DNA of 64,000 nucleotides from Gammaproteobacteria bacterium (GCA_029862005.1 JAOTYD010000006.1:5758-69757); one strand, 5' to 3'. Shown: positions 10,262 to 20,882, counted from the first letter of the stretch. Translations and numbers: made by a program. The notes: generated from the letters alone by a model not told the origin.

Positions 10262-11281
10262 CTAGACCATTTCCTCGCCACCACCCGAGAGCACGATCTC
10301 CCCGGATTCCTCTAGCTTGCGGGCGACGTCAAGAATTTCCTTTTGTGCCGCTTCGACTTCGCTGAGCTTGACCGGTCCCTTCGCTTCCATGTCTTCCAGC
10401 AGCATTTCCGATGCACGCGAAGACATGTTTTTCAGGAACTTCTGCCGCATCTCGTCATCGACTCCTTTCAGTGCGAGTGACAGCAGATCGGTTGATACTT
10501 CTCGCATCATGGTCTGAATGCCGCGATCATCAACATCGCGTAGGTTCTCGAATACAAACATCATGTCGTCAATCCTGGTGGCGAGCTCTTCGTTTTCGGC
10601 ACGTACCTGTTCCATGATCGTATTTTCAATCGAGGTATCGATGGAATTGAGAATATCGGCAGCGGTTCGCTCGCCACCGACCATCGACGACTTTACGTTT
10701 TCGTTGTCGCTGAAGTAACGCTCCATAATTGAATCGAGCTCCTTGATCGCGGCCGGCTGCACGCCTTCGAGGGTCGCGATACGCATCAGTATTCCGGCAC
10801 GCATGCTTTCCGGTAAATGGGTGAGTACCCAGGCGGCATTATCGGATTCGAGATACGACAGCACGATGGCAATAATCTGCGGATGTTCAAGCCGGATTAT
10901 TTCGGCGATGGCCTTGGGATCCATCCACTTCATCGACTCCAGGCCATTGCTGCCACTACCCATCAGGATTCGATCGATAACGCTGCCCGCCTTGTCACCC
11001 AGGGCCTTTTGCAGCATACCGCGAATATAGGAATCGTTACCGATACCAAGCGCAGTCTGAGATTCGAGCACATCGAAAAAGTCATCGATGACATACTCAA
11101 CCGTCGGGCGCGATACATCATTCATGGTGGCCATGGTTGATCCCACCACCTGGACCTCCTTGGGGCTCATATGCTGGAGAATCTCGGCCGCGATGTCCTC
11201 GCCCAGGGTCAGCAGCAATACCCCGGCCTTTTCCGGGCCCTTGACCGAGGTCAAACTCTTATCCGACTGTTCGTCAGCCAC
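10262..11281 (-). CDS. fliG: Motor switch protein FliG
   Basis: EHPQIIA and MFVFENL motifs; GPVKLSEVEAAQKEIL; GTG start. Confidence 0.97.
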   Translation of the reverse strand: MADEQSDKSLTSVKGPEKAGVLLLTLGEDIAAEILQHMSPKEVQVVGSTMATMNDVSRPTVEYVIDDFFDVLESQTALGIGNDSYIRGMLQKALGDKAGSVIDRILMGSGSNGLESMKWMDPKAIAEIIRLEHPQIIAIVLSYLESDNAAWVLTHLPESMRAGILMRIATLEGVQPAAIKELDSIMERYFSDNENVKSSMVGGERTAADILNSIDTSIENTIMEQVRAENEELATRIDDMMFVFENLRDVDDRGIQTMMREVSTDLLSLALKGVDDEMRQKFLKNMSSRASEMLLEDMEAKGPVKLSEVEAAQKEILDVARKLEESGEIVLSGGGEEMV

Positions 11282-13056
11282 TATTGGTCACCTACCCAGT
11301 GTTTCATTACGTTGGCAACCCGCGCGGGATCATCCATGACCATCGAGCGTGCCATATCGACCTTTTGCTCGTAGGTCGCATCTTTACGCCTTACCATCGC
11401 AGCCGGATTATTGGGGTCCTCGGCCAGGTTGGGAATGCCAAAGTTTTGTGCTCCCGCCTGTTGTCCAGGCATTGCATATTGCATCGGCGTTGGTGTTCCC
11501 AGCGTCTGCACGCCCGACGAGTCCGAGCCACTTGAGCCAGCCGAGTTTTCGGCATCGGTGTTTTTCAGTGACAGCGATCGGAGGGCAGGGCGCACCAAAA
11601 TAAAGTAAACGATGATCAAACCAAGCGCGCCCAGGACCTGCTTGATCAGGTTAATGATCCAGGCTTCATTCAGCAGGCTGCGCCAGGCGGGTATCGGCTC
11701 AACGACCAGTTCCTCGACTTCCAGAAAGGATGCATTGATGACACTGACCGAATCTCCCCGATTTTCATCGAAGCCAATCGTTTCCTTGACCAGGTTAGTG
11801 AAACGCGAGATCTCTTCGTCACTGTAAGGTGTCCTGGAGACGCTGCCGTCGTCCGCGGTCACCTGCTTGTCATCGATAATGACTGCTACCGAAAGTCTCT
11901 GCACGCTGCCAACCGGGTTACTGGTGTGGCTGATAACGCGATCAACCTCGTAATTACGCGTCGCCGAACGATTTTGATTGGTCGGAACCCGCTCGGTGAC
12001 AGCGCCCTCGGTTGCAGTTTGCGCGCCCGTTTCCGTTGCGATCGTGCCGGCGGCGGGGGGTTGATTGCTAAGCGCACCGGGGATACCCAGGGCCTGGCTG
12101 AAACTCTGATTCTCTTCTTCGTTAATTTGCTCGCTGCGAATCACGCTGCGCTCCGGATCGTAGGTCTCGCGAGTTGATTCTACCGCGGAAAAATCGAGCT
12201 GTGCGGCCACCTGCGCGTTGACCCTGCCTTCACCGACTATCGGTTGCAGCAGGTTGATAATGCGATCAGCAAAATTGTTTTCCAGCTTGCTGGTGTACTC
12301 GAATTGCCTGGTTGTCAACGAGATTCCTTCATCTTTTTCACTGGTCAAAAGGCGACCAAACTGATCGACAACCTTGACCTCGGTGCTTTCGAGCATTGGA
12401 ATACTCGAAGCGATCATTTGCACAATGGCTTCCACCTGCCCCGGATTCAGCACCCGGCCGGGATGCAGCTTGACCACGACTGAGGCACTTGGCATGGTGC
12501 GGTTGCGAATAAAAATCGATTGTTCTGGAATGGCGAGATGCACACGCGCCTTATCGACCGCCCGGATCGACTCAACCGAGCGCACCAGTTCTGCCTCGAC
12601 GGCATGATTGTAACGTGCGGTTTCAATAAACTGGCTGGTGCCGAGACCCTGATCCTGCTCCAGCATTTCGAGACCCTTGGCGGTGCCGTCAGCCAGGCCC
12701 TGCGAAGCGAGCAACAGACGCGCCTCGGACAACTTGGTCTGGTCGACCAACAAGGTACCCGTGTTGGCATCCAGCTTGAATTCAATATTGCGCGACATCA
12801 GGGTGTCCGCAACCTGTGCCGCATCCTTGCTGGACATGTTGGAGTACAGCGGCGAGTAATTCGGTTCCGCGGTCCACAATACGACGACCATGCCGACGGC
12901 AATTGCCGCGGCAAGCCCGACGAGCTTGCTGATATGGCGCACCGCACGTGACTGCGCGACGGCATCGATCGGATTAATCTGTCGCGGCGCTACTGCCACT
13001 ATCCCCTGCCCGTCCGGGCCGGGTAGTACCTGCTGATTTGCGCTTGCCTCTGCCAT
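11281..13056 (-). CDS. fliF: MS-ring protein FliF
   Basis: Two TM segments; ARVHLAIP, PSASVVV, GIPGALSNQPP, RLSVAVIID. Confidence 0.96.
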   Translation of the reverse strand: MAEASANQQVLPGPDGQGIVAVAPRQINPIDAVAQSRAVRHISKLVGLAAAIAVGMVVVLWTAEPNYSPLYSNMSSKDAAQVADTLMSRNIEFKLDANTGTLLVDQTKLSEARLLLASQGLADGTAKGLEMLEQDQGLGTSQFIETARYNHAVEAELVRSVESIRAVDKARVHLAIPEQSIFIRNRTMPSASVVVKLHPGRVLNPGQVEAIVQMIASSIPMLESTEVKVVDQFGRLLTSEKDEGISLTTRQFEYTSKLENNFADRIINLLQPIVGEGRVNAQVAAQLDFSAVESTRETYDPERSVIRSEQINEEENQSFSQALGIPGALSNQPPAAGTIATETGAQTATEGAVTERVPTNQNRSATRNYEVDRVISHTSNPVGSVQRLSVAVIIDDKQVTADDGSVSRTPYSDEEISRFTNLVKETIGFDENRGDSVSVINASFLEVEELVVEPIPAWRSLLNEAWIINLIKQVLGALGLIIVYFILVRPALRSLSLKNTDAENSAGSSGSDSSGVQTLGTPTPMQYAMPGQQAGAQNFGIPNLAEDPNNPAAMVRRKDATYEQKVDMARSMVMDDPARVANVMKHWVGDQ

Positions 13057-13059
13057 GGT

Positions 13060-13380
13060 TTACACCGACATGTTCATAACATCCTGATATGCGCTCAGGA
13101 GTTTGTTGCGGACCTGGGTCAGGGCTTCGAAAGAAATTCGCGATTTCTGTACCGCGATCATGACCGCGGATATATCGACATCTTCACCCAGTTCGAAGGC
13201 CTTTGTCAGGCTGGACGCCTGCATTTGCGTCTCATTTACCTTGCCGATTGCCTGCTGCATCAGGTCGGCAAAACTCTCGCTCTGCTCGGGCTTAAGCTCG
13301 GGTTGCAGCCCCTGGCCTTTGGCCAGGGACTCGAGAGCCTGCATTTGACTGAGTAAGTGGTTTTGAGTCTTGTTGATCAT
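13060..13380 (-). CDS. fliE: Hook-basal body protein FliE (start at ATG 13380)
   Basis: C-terminus QVRNKLLSAYQDVMNMSV; the longer ORF-track start runs through the promoter. Confidence 0.93.
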   Translation of the reverse strand: MINKTQNHLLSQMQALESLAKGQGLQPELKPEQSESFADLMQQAIGKVNETQMQASSLTKAFELGEDVDISAVMIAVQKSRISFEALTQVRNKLLSAYQDVMNMSV

Positions 13381-13394
13381 AAATTTCCCTACTG

Positions 13395-13520
13395 GTCGAT
13401 TTATTGACGGATTGAGTCCCGACCCATGGATCAGGTGCAAAACTGTTAATTTTTTGACGTATCGTCGGTTTAACCCACCCTTTTCGGGTCCCTGGGGGAT
13501 AGTCAGCAACAATCGCGCCA
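13395..13520 (-). promoter_or_regulatory. sigma54 promoter of fliE with two downstream FleQ-like boxes
   Basis: TGGCGCGATTGTTGCT at 13520-13505; GTCAAAAAATTAAC at 13458-13445 and GTCAATAAATCGAC at 13408-13395. Confidence 0.75.
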
Positions 13521-13658
13521 ACTTCCCCTGGTCCAATCCTAATTCTGGTTGAACCGCATTGCTGCCACCGACTCCTTGTATGTTGAGCCATTCCGGGGGA
13601 AAGTCTGCAAAAGTGTCGCGAGGCAGGACGCCGAGCACCAAGCTGTTCCCTGGATGGA

Positions 13659-13682
13659 CCAACCGGCGCACGCGCCGGTTGG
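13659..13682. repeat. Perfect GC-rich inverted repeat between fleR and fliE
   Basis: CCAACCGGCGC-AC-GCGCCGGTTGG. Confidence 0.6.
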
Positions 13683-13751
13683 GAGCGTCTTTTGCGGGCT
13701 TTCCCCCGGGGTGGCAGGGGAGATACCATTGCGATGATCATGCCTTTGGTA

Positions 13752-15077
13752 TTAGTCCGGAAGCGCTGCGCCGGCATCGCGCAACTTGGCGAGCTTGTAA
13801 CGCAAGGTGCGTGGACTGATACCGAGTTTTTCCGCCGTCTTCTTGCGGCTGCCCCTGAAATTACGCAGCGTTTCAAGAATGACCTCGGTTTCCCGGTCGC
13901 GCAGATCCGAATGGAGTTTACCGTTATCCTCGAGCAATGGATCGAGTGGAGCCTGCTCGATACCACTCTCAAGCATGATGTCCTGCGGCAGGATTTCCCT
14001 GCCCTGCTTCAGGATCAGCGCACGCTGAATCACGTTGTCGAGCTCGCGCACATTGCCGGGCCAGCTGTGTTGGCATAAGGTTTCGCAGGCAGCGTCGGAA
14101 AGCTGGATCGATTCTCCCGCTGCCCGACTGTACTGGGCCAGAATCTTGCGCGCGATGGGGACAATGTCGTCGGGTCGTTCGCGCAGGGCAGGGATCGTAA
14201 TCGGAAACACATTAAGCCGATAAAACAAATCCTCGCGGAAGCGCTTTTCGCGCACCTCGTGGCGTAAGTCCCGATTGGTGGTAGCGATGATACGCACGTC
14301 AAGTTCTATTACCTGGGTGCTACCGAGCCGCTCTACCTCCCGCTCCTGCAGCACACGCAGGATTTTTGCCTGCAACCCGAGGTCCATCTCGGTAATTTCA
14401 TCCAGCAGCAGGGTGCCGCCATGGGCCTGTTCGAACTTGCCGACGGTCGCCTTGTGCGCACCGGTAAAAGCGCCTTTTTCATATCCAAACAGGACCGCTT
14501 CCAGCATATTCTCGGGAATTGCGGCACAGTTAATCGCCACGAACGGCTGCTTCGAGCGGGCCGATTGCTGATGAATAAACCTCGAATAGATTTCCTTGCC
14601 GACACCGCTCTCCCCGGTGAACAGAACCGACGCAGTGGTTTTCGCGACACGACCGGCGAGGACTAGAGATTCCTGGCTGGCCATGTCCACGGCGACAAGA
14701 TCCTGATCTGCTGACACCGGATCCTGGATCTGCTTGCGCACCGTGCTTACCAGGCTTGAGACTTCAAACGGTTTGACCAGGTAATCGACTGCCCCGGCCT
14801 GAATCGCATCCACCGCCTGCGGAATCGATCCGTAGGCTGTCATTAAAATAACCGGCACATCGATCTGATTGCTGCGAATCGAAGACAAAAGTTCGTAGCC
14901 ATTGCCCGGGCTCATCTGCACGTCACTGAGTACGAGTGACGCCGAGTTGCTGGCCAGGAACTGTTCGGCGGCACGACCATTTTCAACCTCGTGAAAGCTG
15001 ATTTCATTAAGCTGCAGCGTGTCGCAAATAGCCTCGCGCAGATCAGCATCATCTTCTACTACCAGTACATCAACCAT
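13752..15077 (-). CDS. fleR: sigma54-dependent response regulator FleR/FlrC
   Basis: REC domain, AAA+ domain (GESGVGKE, GAFTGA) and Fis-type HTH; follows the sensor kinase. Confidence 0.92.
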   Translation of the reverse strand: MVDVLVVEDDADLREAICDTLQLNEISFHEVENGRAAEQFLASNSASLVLSDVQMSPGNGYELLSSIRSNQIDVPVILMTAYGSIPQAVDAIQAGAVDYLVKPFEVSSLVSTVRKQIQDPVSADQDLVAVDMASQESLVLAGRVAKTTASVLFTGESGVGKEIYSRFIHQQSARSKQPFVAINCAAIPENMLEAVLFGYEKGAFTGAHKATVGKFEQAHGGTLLLDEITEMDLGLQAKILRVLQEREVERLGSTQVIELDVRIIATTNRDLRHEVREKRFREDLFYRLNVFPITIPALRERPDDIVPIARKILAQYSRAAGESIQLSDAACETLCQHSWPGNVRELDNVIQRALILKQGREILPQDIMLESGIEQAPLDPLLEDNGKLHSDLRDRETEVILETLRNFRGSRKKTAEKLGISPRTLRYKLAKLRDAGAALPD

Positions 15078-15099
15078 GGTTTGGCTCCTTTTTTATCAT

Positions 15100-16272
15100 T
15101 TACTTGCTAGTGCTGACTTGAGTTTTCATTGCCTGCCTGCAGGGCAGGAAAATACGAAAGCGACAACCGCGCCCGGGTCTCGAAAAGACGGCGATACGGC
15201 CCTGGTGTGATTCGATAACCGCCTTGACTACCGCTAGTCCGAGACCGGTACCATCGGTCTTGGTGCTGAAAAAAGGATCAAAGATATGGGTGCGGGTGTC
15301 GCGATCCATACCGCAGCCATTGTCCTTTAGCGAAATCGACAGCAGTCCATGCAGCGTCGTGCCTACCCTGATTTCAATCCGGGGGTCCTGGGTACAGGCT
15401 TGCAGTGCATTCATGCACAAGTTGGCGATTGCGCCCAGCAGCGCATCCTTGTTGCCCTGCAGTTCAACGGTGCACTCATGTCCATGCAGCTGCAGCAGCG
15501 CACCGCGTTGCTGTAGCTGTGGCATGAGCTGGTCGTTGAGCTCGGTAAACAACTCCGTTACCGAGAAACGTGTCGTCACGAACTGGCCGCCATGGGCGAA
15601 AACCAGCATGTCATTGATGAGCTTTTCGATATGCCGGCTGCGTGCCAATGCCTTTTTGCAAAAGCTTTGCACGGTCTCGGTGTCGAGGACAGTATCGACG
15701 CATTGCGACAGGTACAACATGGTCGAGGCTAGCGGAGTTCTGATCTGGTGTGCAAGACTCGCCATCATCTTGCCCATGGTTACCAGGTGCAGATTCTGTT
15801 GAGCCGTACGCTGCAACTCGCGGGTCTGTGTGACATCGCTGAGTAACAGCACCTGTCCCGGCGCGTAGCCGAGCGGACGCGTCGAGATACTGAACTGCCT
15901 GCCGTCGGCGGTTTTCAGTTCACCCTGGTCAAGCTCAGGCAAAAATACGCGCGTCACGATGTCCCGCCAGGGCTCCTGGTCCAGCGGTGTGCCCAGCAGC
16001 AGACGGGCACTCTCGTTGGCTTCGACGACATGTCCCTGCCGGTCGAGTACTACGACTCCGCCGGGGATCGCATCCAGCAACTGAGCATTGGCGGCAGGTC
16101 TGGTCGGCACATCATCCGCTTTGAGGCGACCGACATGCTGGTTGATTTGTTCGACGCTCGCACTCAGGCTCGCCGACAGTCGATTAAACTGCTCAAACGC
16201 GCCCTTAAGGCTGTGCGTTGCTGGCGCTTTAAATTCTAGCTTTTGATTTTCCACCCCGAACAGGGTGCACAA
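15100..16272 (-). CDS. fleS: PAS sensor histidine kinase FleS/FlrB (start uncertain, perhaps GTG at 16254 or later)
   Basis: LAHQIRTPLAS H-box; DNGCG; GTGLGLAVV. Confidence 0.9.
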   Translation of the reverse strand: MCTLFGVENQKLEFKAPATHSLKGAFEQFNRLSASLSASVEQINQHVGRLKADDVPTRPAANAQLLDAIPGGVVVLDRQGHVVEANESARLLLGTPLDQEPWRDIVTRVFLPELDQGELKTADGRQFSISTRPLGYAPGQVLLLSDVTQTRELQRTAQQNLHLVTMGKMMASLAHQIRTPLASTMLYLSQCVDTVLDTETVQSFCKKALARSRHIEKLINDMLVFAHGGQFVTTRFSVTELFTELNDQLMPQLQQRGALLQLHGHECTVELQGNKDALLGAIANLCMNALQACTQDPRIEIRVGTTLHGLLSISLKDNGCGMDRDTRTHIFDPFFSTKTDGTGLGLAVVKAVIESHQGRIAVFSRPGRGCRFRIFLPCRQAMKTQVSTSK

Positions 16273-16313
16273 GACAAACCAATTGTAATAAATCTAATAA
16301 TATCAGAAAGTTA
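16266..16313 (-). promoter_or_regulatory. Candidate sigma54 promoter and IHF-like site for fleSR
   Basis: Minus strand TGGTTTGTCTTGTGCA (16281-16266); TATCAGAAAGTTA at 16301-16313. Confidence 0.55.
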
Positions 16314-16349
16314 TAAATTACGATTATTCTGGACGACAGAAAAATGACG

Positions 16350-17765
16350 CTATTCGGTGCGTTCTATTTCGTATTTGCGCATTTTTTCGACGAGGGTTGT
16401 GCGCCGCATTTTGAGCATGGTCGCTGCCCGCGCAACCACGTTATTGGTCTTTGACAAGGCTTGCTCGATCAATGTTATCTCGATATCCGTCAGGTATTTT
16501 TTCATATCGATGCCGTCTGCAGGCAACTCGCTCAGGTCGGGCTCTGCCATCGCCAGCCTGGTTTCGTCCCCGCTAGATTCGAAAACTTCGAGCGCTCCCT
16601 CGCTCTGGTATTTTACGGGTAGATCTTTTGAATCCACGACACCGTGCGGAAACAGGATCGCAAGGCGTTCGATCAGGTTGGCGAGTTCACGCACATTTCC
16701 CGGCCAGGCATACTGTTGCAACATGGATATCGCTTTTTTGCTCAGTCGGACAGAACCGCGATTTTCACGTTCAATTCGAGCAATCATTTCGTGAATCAAT
16801 AGCGGGATATCGGACTGCCGTTCGCGCAGCGGCGGTACCTCGATCGGAAAAACATTGAGTCGATAAAACAGGTCTTCCCGGAATTTGCCCTCGGCAATTA
16901 ACTCTTCGAGACGACGATGGGTTGCGGCAATAACCCGCACATCGGATCTTATCGACTTGTTGCTGCCAACCTTTTCATAGCTGCGCTCCTGCAGTACACG
17001 CAGTAACTTGACCTGCATCGGCAAAGGCATATCCCCGATTTCATCGAGAAACAGTACACCCCCCTCGGCAAGTTCGAAGCGACCCTGGCGCGCACTGATG
17101 GCACCGGTAAATGCGCCCTTTTCATGGCCAAACAGTTCGCTTTCAAGCAAATCTGCCGGGATTGCGCCGCAGTTGATTGGTACGAACGGTTTCTTGCTGC
17201 GTGAAGACTGTGCGTGGACATTACGCGCGATGACTTCCTTGCCGGTACCCGAATCTCCGAGAATCAAGACCGACGCATTGGTGTCGGATACCTGGTCGAT
17301 CATTAAATTAATGCGCTCAATTGAGCTGCTGTTGCCTATTAGCGGCTGGCATTCGCGATTCTGCATGCGGCGTTCGCGCTTATTGTGCTTACGCGCCTGG
17401 TCGAGGACCTGGGATAGAGAATAGTAATCAGACTGGAAACAGAGTCCGGAAACAAAGGGTAGTTCTACCACGATTTCAAGCGCACTCGATTCGGACTTGT
17501 CTGCCAGTAAGATTACCGGATACTGACACTTGTCTTCCTTGTTGCGCTCGAGAAAAAACTTTGAAATATCGTCGCCGCCGATACTGAATATTGCGAGATA
17601 TTCAAATAATTCTCGACGCGGGATATCGGGGAGTTGTTCGGGCGTGATAAGCCTCGCTTCCACTTTGATGAAGCCGAGTACCGCAAGGAAAGAATGTCCA
17701 CGTGTATGGTTGGAATCGACAACAAGCACCTCGTTGCTGTCCTGACCTCCACTATGGTCCTTCAT
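16350..17765 (-). CDS. fleQ: Master flagellar sigma54 activator FleQ/FlrA
   Basis: Atypical N-terminal domain; GDSGTGKE, GAFTGA; C-terminal RRTTLVEKMRKY. Confidence 0.94.
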   Translation of the reverse strand: MKDHSGGQDSNEVLVVDSNHTRGHSFLAVLGFIKVEARLITPEQLPDIPRRELFEYLAIFSIGGDDISKFFLERNKEDKCQYPVILLADKSESSALEIVVELPFVSGLCFQSDYYSLSQVLDQARKHNKRERRMQNRECQPLIGNSSSIERINLMIDQVSDTNASVLILGDSGTGKEVIARNVHAQSSRSKKPFVPINCGAIPADLLESELFGHEKGAFTGAISARQGRFELAEGGVLFLDEIGDMPLPMQVKLLRVLQERSYEKVGSNKSIRSDVRVIAATHRRLEELIAEGKFREDLFYRLNVFPIEVPPLRERQSDIPLLIHEMIARIERENRGSVRLSKKAISMLQQYAWPGNVRELANLIERLAILFPHGVVDSKDLPVKYQSEGALEVFESSGDETRLAMAEPDLSELPADGIDMKKYLTDIEITLIEQALSKTNNVVARAATMLKMRRTTLVEKMRKYEIERTE

Positions 17766-17910
17766 TTGTGTTACCCCGATTCTAGAAAAAACATCAGCCA
17801 GTTTTTTGACGACGCTGAAATTTAGTGTTGATTTTAGACCAGAATGACAATATACCGGCGCAAAAAATCGTAGTTTCTAGATTAATAATTTCAATTGGTA
17901 ATGGATTGAA

Positions 17911-18243
17911 TTATTTGGGGTACGAGTCATTACTGAGGTAGGCACGAGACGCTTTGGATGCGTTTCGAATACGTTTCTGCTGCAGAATAACGGCCTCTTT
18001 GAACAGGTTCAGCTTGTCGACAACCTGTTGATTCAGGCTTTGCAGGTGTTGTGCCCTGATCACGTCGACCTGTGCAATTGAATCCGCAAATGCCTGTTCT
18101 ATAAGAATTTTTCGCTTCTTCTCGAGTTCATCGACGCGCTCGAATTCGCCATCTTCGAGTATCTCGAGAATTTCGTCCGTCAGCGCAATCGCTGCGCCCA
18201 GGGCTTTCTGCTGGTTCATTTTCTGTACCAATTGCTTAGGCAC
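17911..18243 (-). CDS. fliT: Probable flagellar chaperone FliT
   Basis: About 110-aa helical protein after fliS, ending ..ASRAY..; call rests mainly on position. Confidence 0.65.
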   Translation of the reverse strand: MPKQLVQKMNQQKALGAAIALTDEILEILEDGEFERVDELEKKRKILIEQAFADSIAQVDVIRAQHLQSLNQQVVDKLNLFKEAVILQQKRIRNASKASRAYLSNDSYPK

Positions 18244-18640
18244 CGGTTTCCCTGGCCTGCTCGGGTATTTGCTCCCAGGCGGACTTGATTGTCAGCAAAA
18301 GATCGCTTATTTCATTGAGCCTGGCTATATCGTCGCTGACGTTGGCCTCGGTTAACGCGATAATCATGTACTGATAAAGATCTGACAGGTTCTGTGACAG
18401 CTCCCCTTCCTGCGAGTGGTCGAGGCACCCTTCAAGCCCGCCAATGATCGAAATCGCCTTGCCGATAAACTCGCCTTTTTGCGCGGTATCCTTGTGTTTT
18501 ACGGCACCTTTGGCCTGCGCTATGCGCTCCAGAGCACCGTTCATCAGGCGCAGAATCAGCTCGTGGGGATCCGCATAAGTGATCGAGCTATTGTCTGCGG
18601 ACTGGTATTGGTTAACGGCTTTAATTGCAACATTTGTCAT
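18236..18640 (-). CDS. fliS: Flagellin chaperone FliS
   Basis: ADPHELI..L..GAL; NLSDLYQYM; IKSAWEQI. Confidence 0.95.
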   Translation of the reverse strand: MTNVAIKAVNQYQSADNSSITYADPHELILRLMNGALERIAQAKGAVKHKDTAQKGEFIGKAISIIGGLEGCLDHSQEGELSQNLSDLYQYMIIALTEANVSDDIARLNEISDLLLTIKSAWEQIPEQARETGA

Positions 18641-18676
18641 TATATTTCTGGCTCCATGGCTTGTAACTATTAAGGG

Positions 18677-18703
18677 TTATCGTCTCTAACCCCATTTTCT
18701 TTA
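18677..18703 (-). promoter_or_regulatory. sigma28 promoter of fliS
   Basis: TAAA-N15-GACGATAA on the minus strand. Confidence 0.75.
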
Positions 18704-18717
18704 ATTAAGAATCTCTA

Positions 18718-20760
18718 TCAGTCGTTATTGTTGATCGAATTCGGCTTCGGCAGGTTCGCGAGCTGTTGTGTCAGGAAGTTGCTGGTCTGGTTGAACTGCG
18801 CAATCAGGGCGTCGAGTGCTGAAAACTGCCGTATCAGACGCGCTTCTAGCGCCAGTATCCTGTCCTCAAGCCTGATTCGATCATCTTCGATGTCTTCCAG
18901 GCTTTCGTTCAAGCCGGCTTCGCGACCGGCAATCGTGCCATCTGCCTTGAGAAAATTCTCCAGCAGGTCATCGAGCTTGCCTGCCAACCCCTTGGTCAGG
19001 GAAACGGTGCCACGATTGCCAAAACCACCTGTCAGAATTTCAACGGAGAGCCCCTTGCTCGGGCCGGAATCGCTGGTCACGATTTGTCCATTTACGGTTG
19101 CGCTTGCACCGTCTATCGTCGCCGCAATGCCGGTGTCGGTACCATCAACTCCAGTAGCTACCGCAAGTCCAAAGTCCGCGAAAGTGTTGGGGTCGACGTT
19201 GGTGATTTCGACCGTCGATGACGGTCCACTGCTGTCCGAGGTGATCACGTAGCGATCGTCAGTCGCGTCATAGGTTACCGTAACCGAGATGCCACCCGAC
19301 AACCTGCTGTTAATCCTGTTCTGCATCATGGTTGCGAACGCGGCCTCGTCAGCATAGGTACCACCGCTCAAATTGAAGTTTCCGGTGTCGTCCCCATCAA
19401 CCGTCAATCTGATTCGATTGTTGCCACCATTGACCGTCAGGCTGTTGACCGGGCCGGCCCCGATTAAATACCCCTGGGTAAACACCTGGGTCAGGTTGAT
19501 CGCATAGTCCCCCGGCTGGGTATCCGACGTCGACGACACGTAACCGATACCGGGATCCGTCGTCTTTCCCTGCAGCGTAAACAGCGCCTCCACCTCGGCA
19601 CCATAATCCAGCAGCGCATCCTTCAGCTTGGTCGAATCGACGTCCAGCGTACCGCCGGAGTTGGTGGTAATTCCGATGTCAACCAGTGATTTGATGTTAC
19701 CCTCCAGCCCGGAAATACTGCCGAACAGGATACTGCGAATCTGGCTACTGATGCCACGTACGGTAAAATCACCAATCAGGGCGCTGCCGGTAGCGGTCTC
19801 GGCATCGTAGGCGGTGAGCTCCTTTATATTTTTTGCCAACTCATTGTAGGCCTCTACGAACGCGTTTATCGAAGCGGTTACTTCGGCCCTATCCTCATTG
19901 ATATCGATAGTGACAATATTGCCGACATCCGCTTTCAGCAAGTCGAGCGTGACGCCATTAATCGCGCCGGTTATCGAATTTGTCTCACGGGTAATATCAA
20001 GACCATTGATCGTCAGCGTCGCATCCTGGGCAGCGACGGTTTGCGACAGGCTTACCTGGGCCGAGGCATTGAACGCCAGTTGCGACAATCCCAGATCATC
20101 GTTGTCGTTGCCGTCACCATCGCCAGTCACGGTCAGCTCCATGCTATTGGCAGCACCGGTATTTTCAGAGGTGAGTACCAGGCGGTAGCCATTAACTCCA
20201 TCGTCAATAATCGACGCCTGTACACCCAAATCATTGTCGTTAATGTAATCTCTCAGTCCGCTAACGGTGTCATTGCCATTGGTAGCATTGACCTCGATAA
20301 CCTGGGCTGGTTTGCTCAGGTCCGGGGTAAAGGAATAAGGCCCCGTGGTGGTGGTGCCGAACTGGATTGTCAGCGTGCCGCTGCCGATGACGTCATCGAC
20401 CGTGGCGAACGCGGTAGCGGCATTGCTGGCCAGCGATTGCGACTTGGCCAGTGCGGTTACCTCGACCGAGTAACTGCCGATATCGGCAAAACTTTCGACC
20501 GAAGAGGAAAATACCGAGCTATCGGAGGCGGTAATTGCCTTCGCATTAAACGCCGTTGACGATTGCAGCCCACCGAGGCTGCTCTGAAACTGTGCCAGCG
20601 AACTGCGCAACAGTCCAAAAGCCGACAGCTCGGTCGTCAGGGTTTGTTGCTTCAGGTTGAGGCGATTTTCGACGGGCGCGCGCTCGGCTTCGATCAGTCC
20701 CGAAACCAGCGTTCCGAGATCCAGCCCGGAACCGACACCCAGTGAAGTAATTGCCGCCAT
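18718..20760 (-). CDS. fliD: Filament cap FliD (long form, 680 aa)
   Basis: MAAITSLGVGSGLD N-terminus; C-terminus RQFSALDALIAQFNQTSNFL. Confidence 0.95.
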   Translation of the reverse strand: MAAITSLGVGSGLDLGTLVSGLIEAERAPVENRLNLKQQTLTTELSAFGLLRSSLAQFQSSLGGLQSSTAFNAKAITASDSSVFSSSVESFADIGSYSVEVTALAKSQSLASNAATAFATVDDVIGSGTLTIQFGTTTTGPYSFTPDLSKPAQVIEVNATNGNDTVSGLRDYINDNDLGVQASIIDDGVNGYRLVLTSENTGAANSMELTVTGDGDGNDNDDLGLSQLAFNASAQVSLSQTVAAQDATLTINGLDITRETNSITGAINGVTLDLLKADVGNIVTIDINEDRAEVTASINAFVEAYNELAKNIKELTAYDAETATGSALIGDFTVRGISSQIRSILFGSISGLEGNIKSLVDIGITTNSGGTLDVDSTKLKDALLDYGAEVEALFTLQGKTTDPGIGYVSSTSDTQPGDYAINLTQVFTQGYLIGAGPVNSLTVNGGNNRIRLTVDGDDTGNFNLSGGTYADEAAFATMMQNRINSRLSGGISVTVTYDATDDRYVITSDSSGPSSTVEITNVDPNTFADFGLAVATGVDGTDTGIAATIDGASATVNGQIVTSDSGPSKGLSVEILTGGFGNRGTVSLTKGLAGKLDDLLENFLKADGTIAGREAGLNESLEDIEDDRIRLEDRILALEARLIRQFSALDALIAQFNQTSNFLTQQLANLPKPNSINNND

Positions 20761-20829
20761 ATGTTGCTACCTACATCACAAATTTTACAATCCAGGACCA
20801 GGTTTTGAGGCTGGTCCCTTAATCAGAAA

Positions 20830-20863
20830 ATGAGAAGGGACAGTATCAACTCCCCCTTCTCAT
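20830..20863 (-). terminator. Terminator-like hairpin between flaG and fliD
   Basis: ATGAGAAGGG / CCCTTCTCAT stem, followed by a short T run on the minus strand. Confidence 0.55.
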
Positions 20864-20882
20864 GTATGCCTTAAATATTTAC

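Noticed and set aside
13381-13972. N-terminal extension of fliE and ORF 13292-13972; also a c-di-GMP riboswitch in this spacer
   Set aside because: The extension runs through a clear sigma54 promoter, and I could not match a GEMM riboswitch structure by eye.
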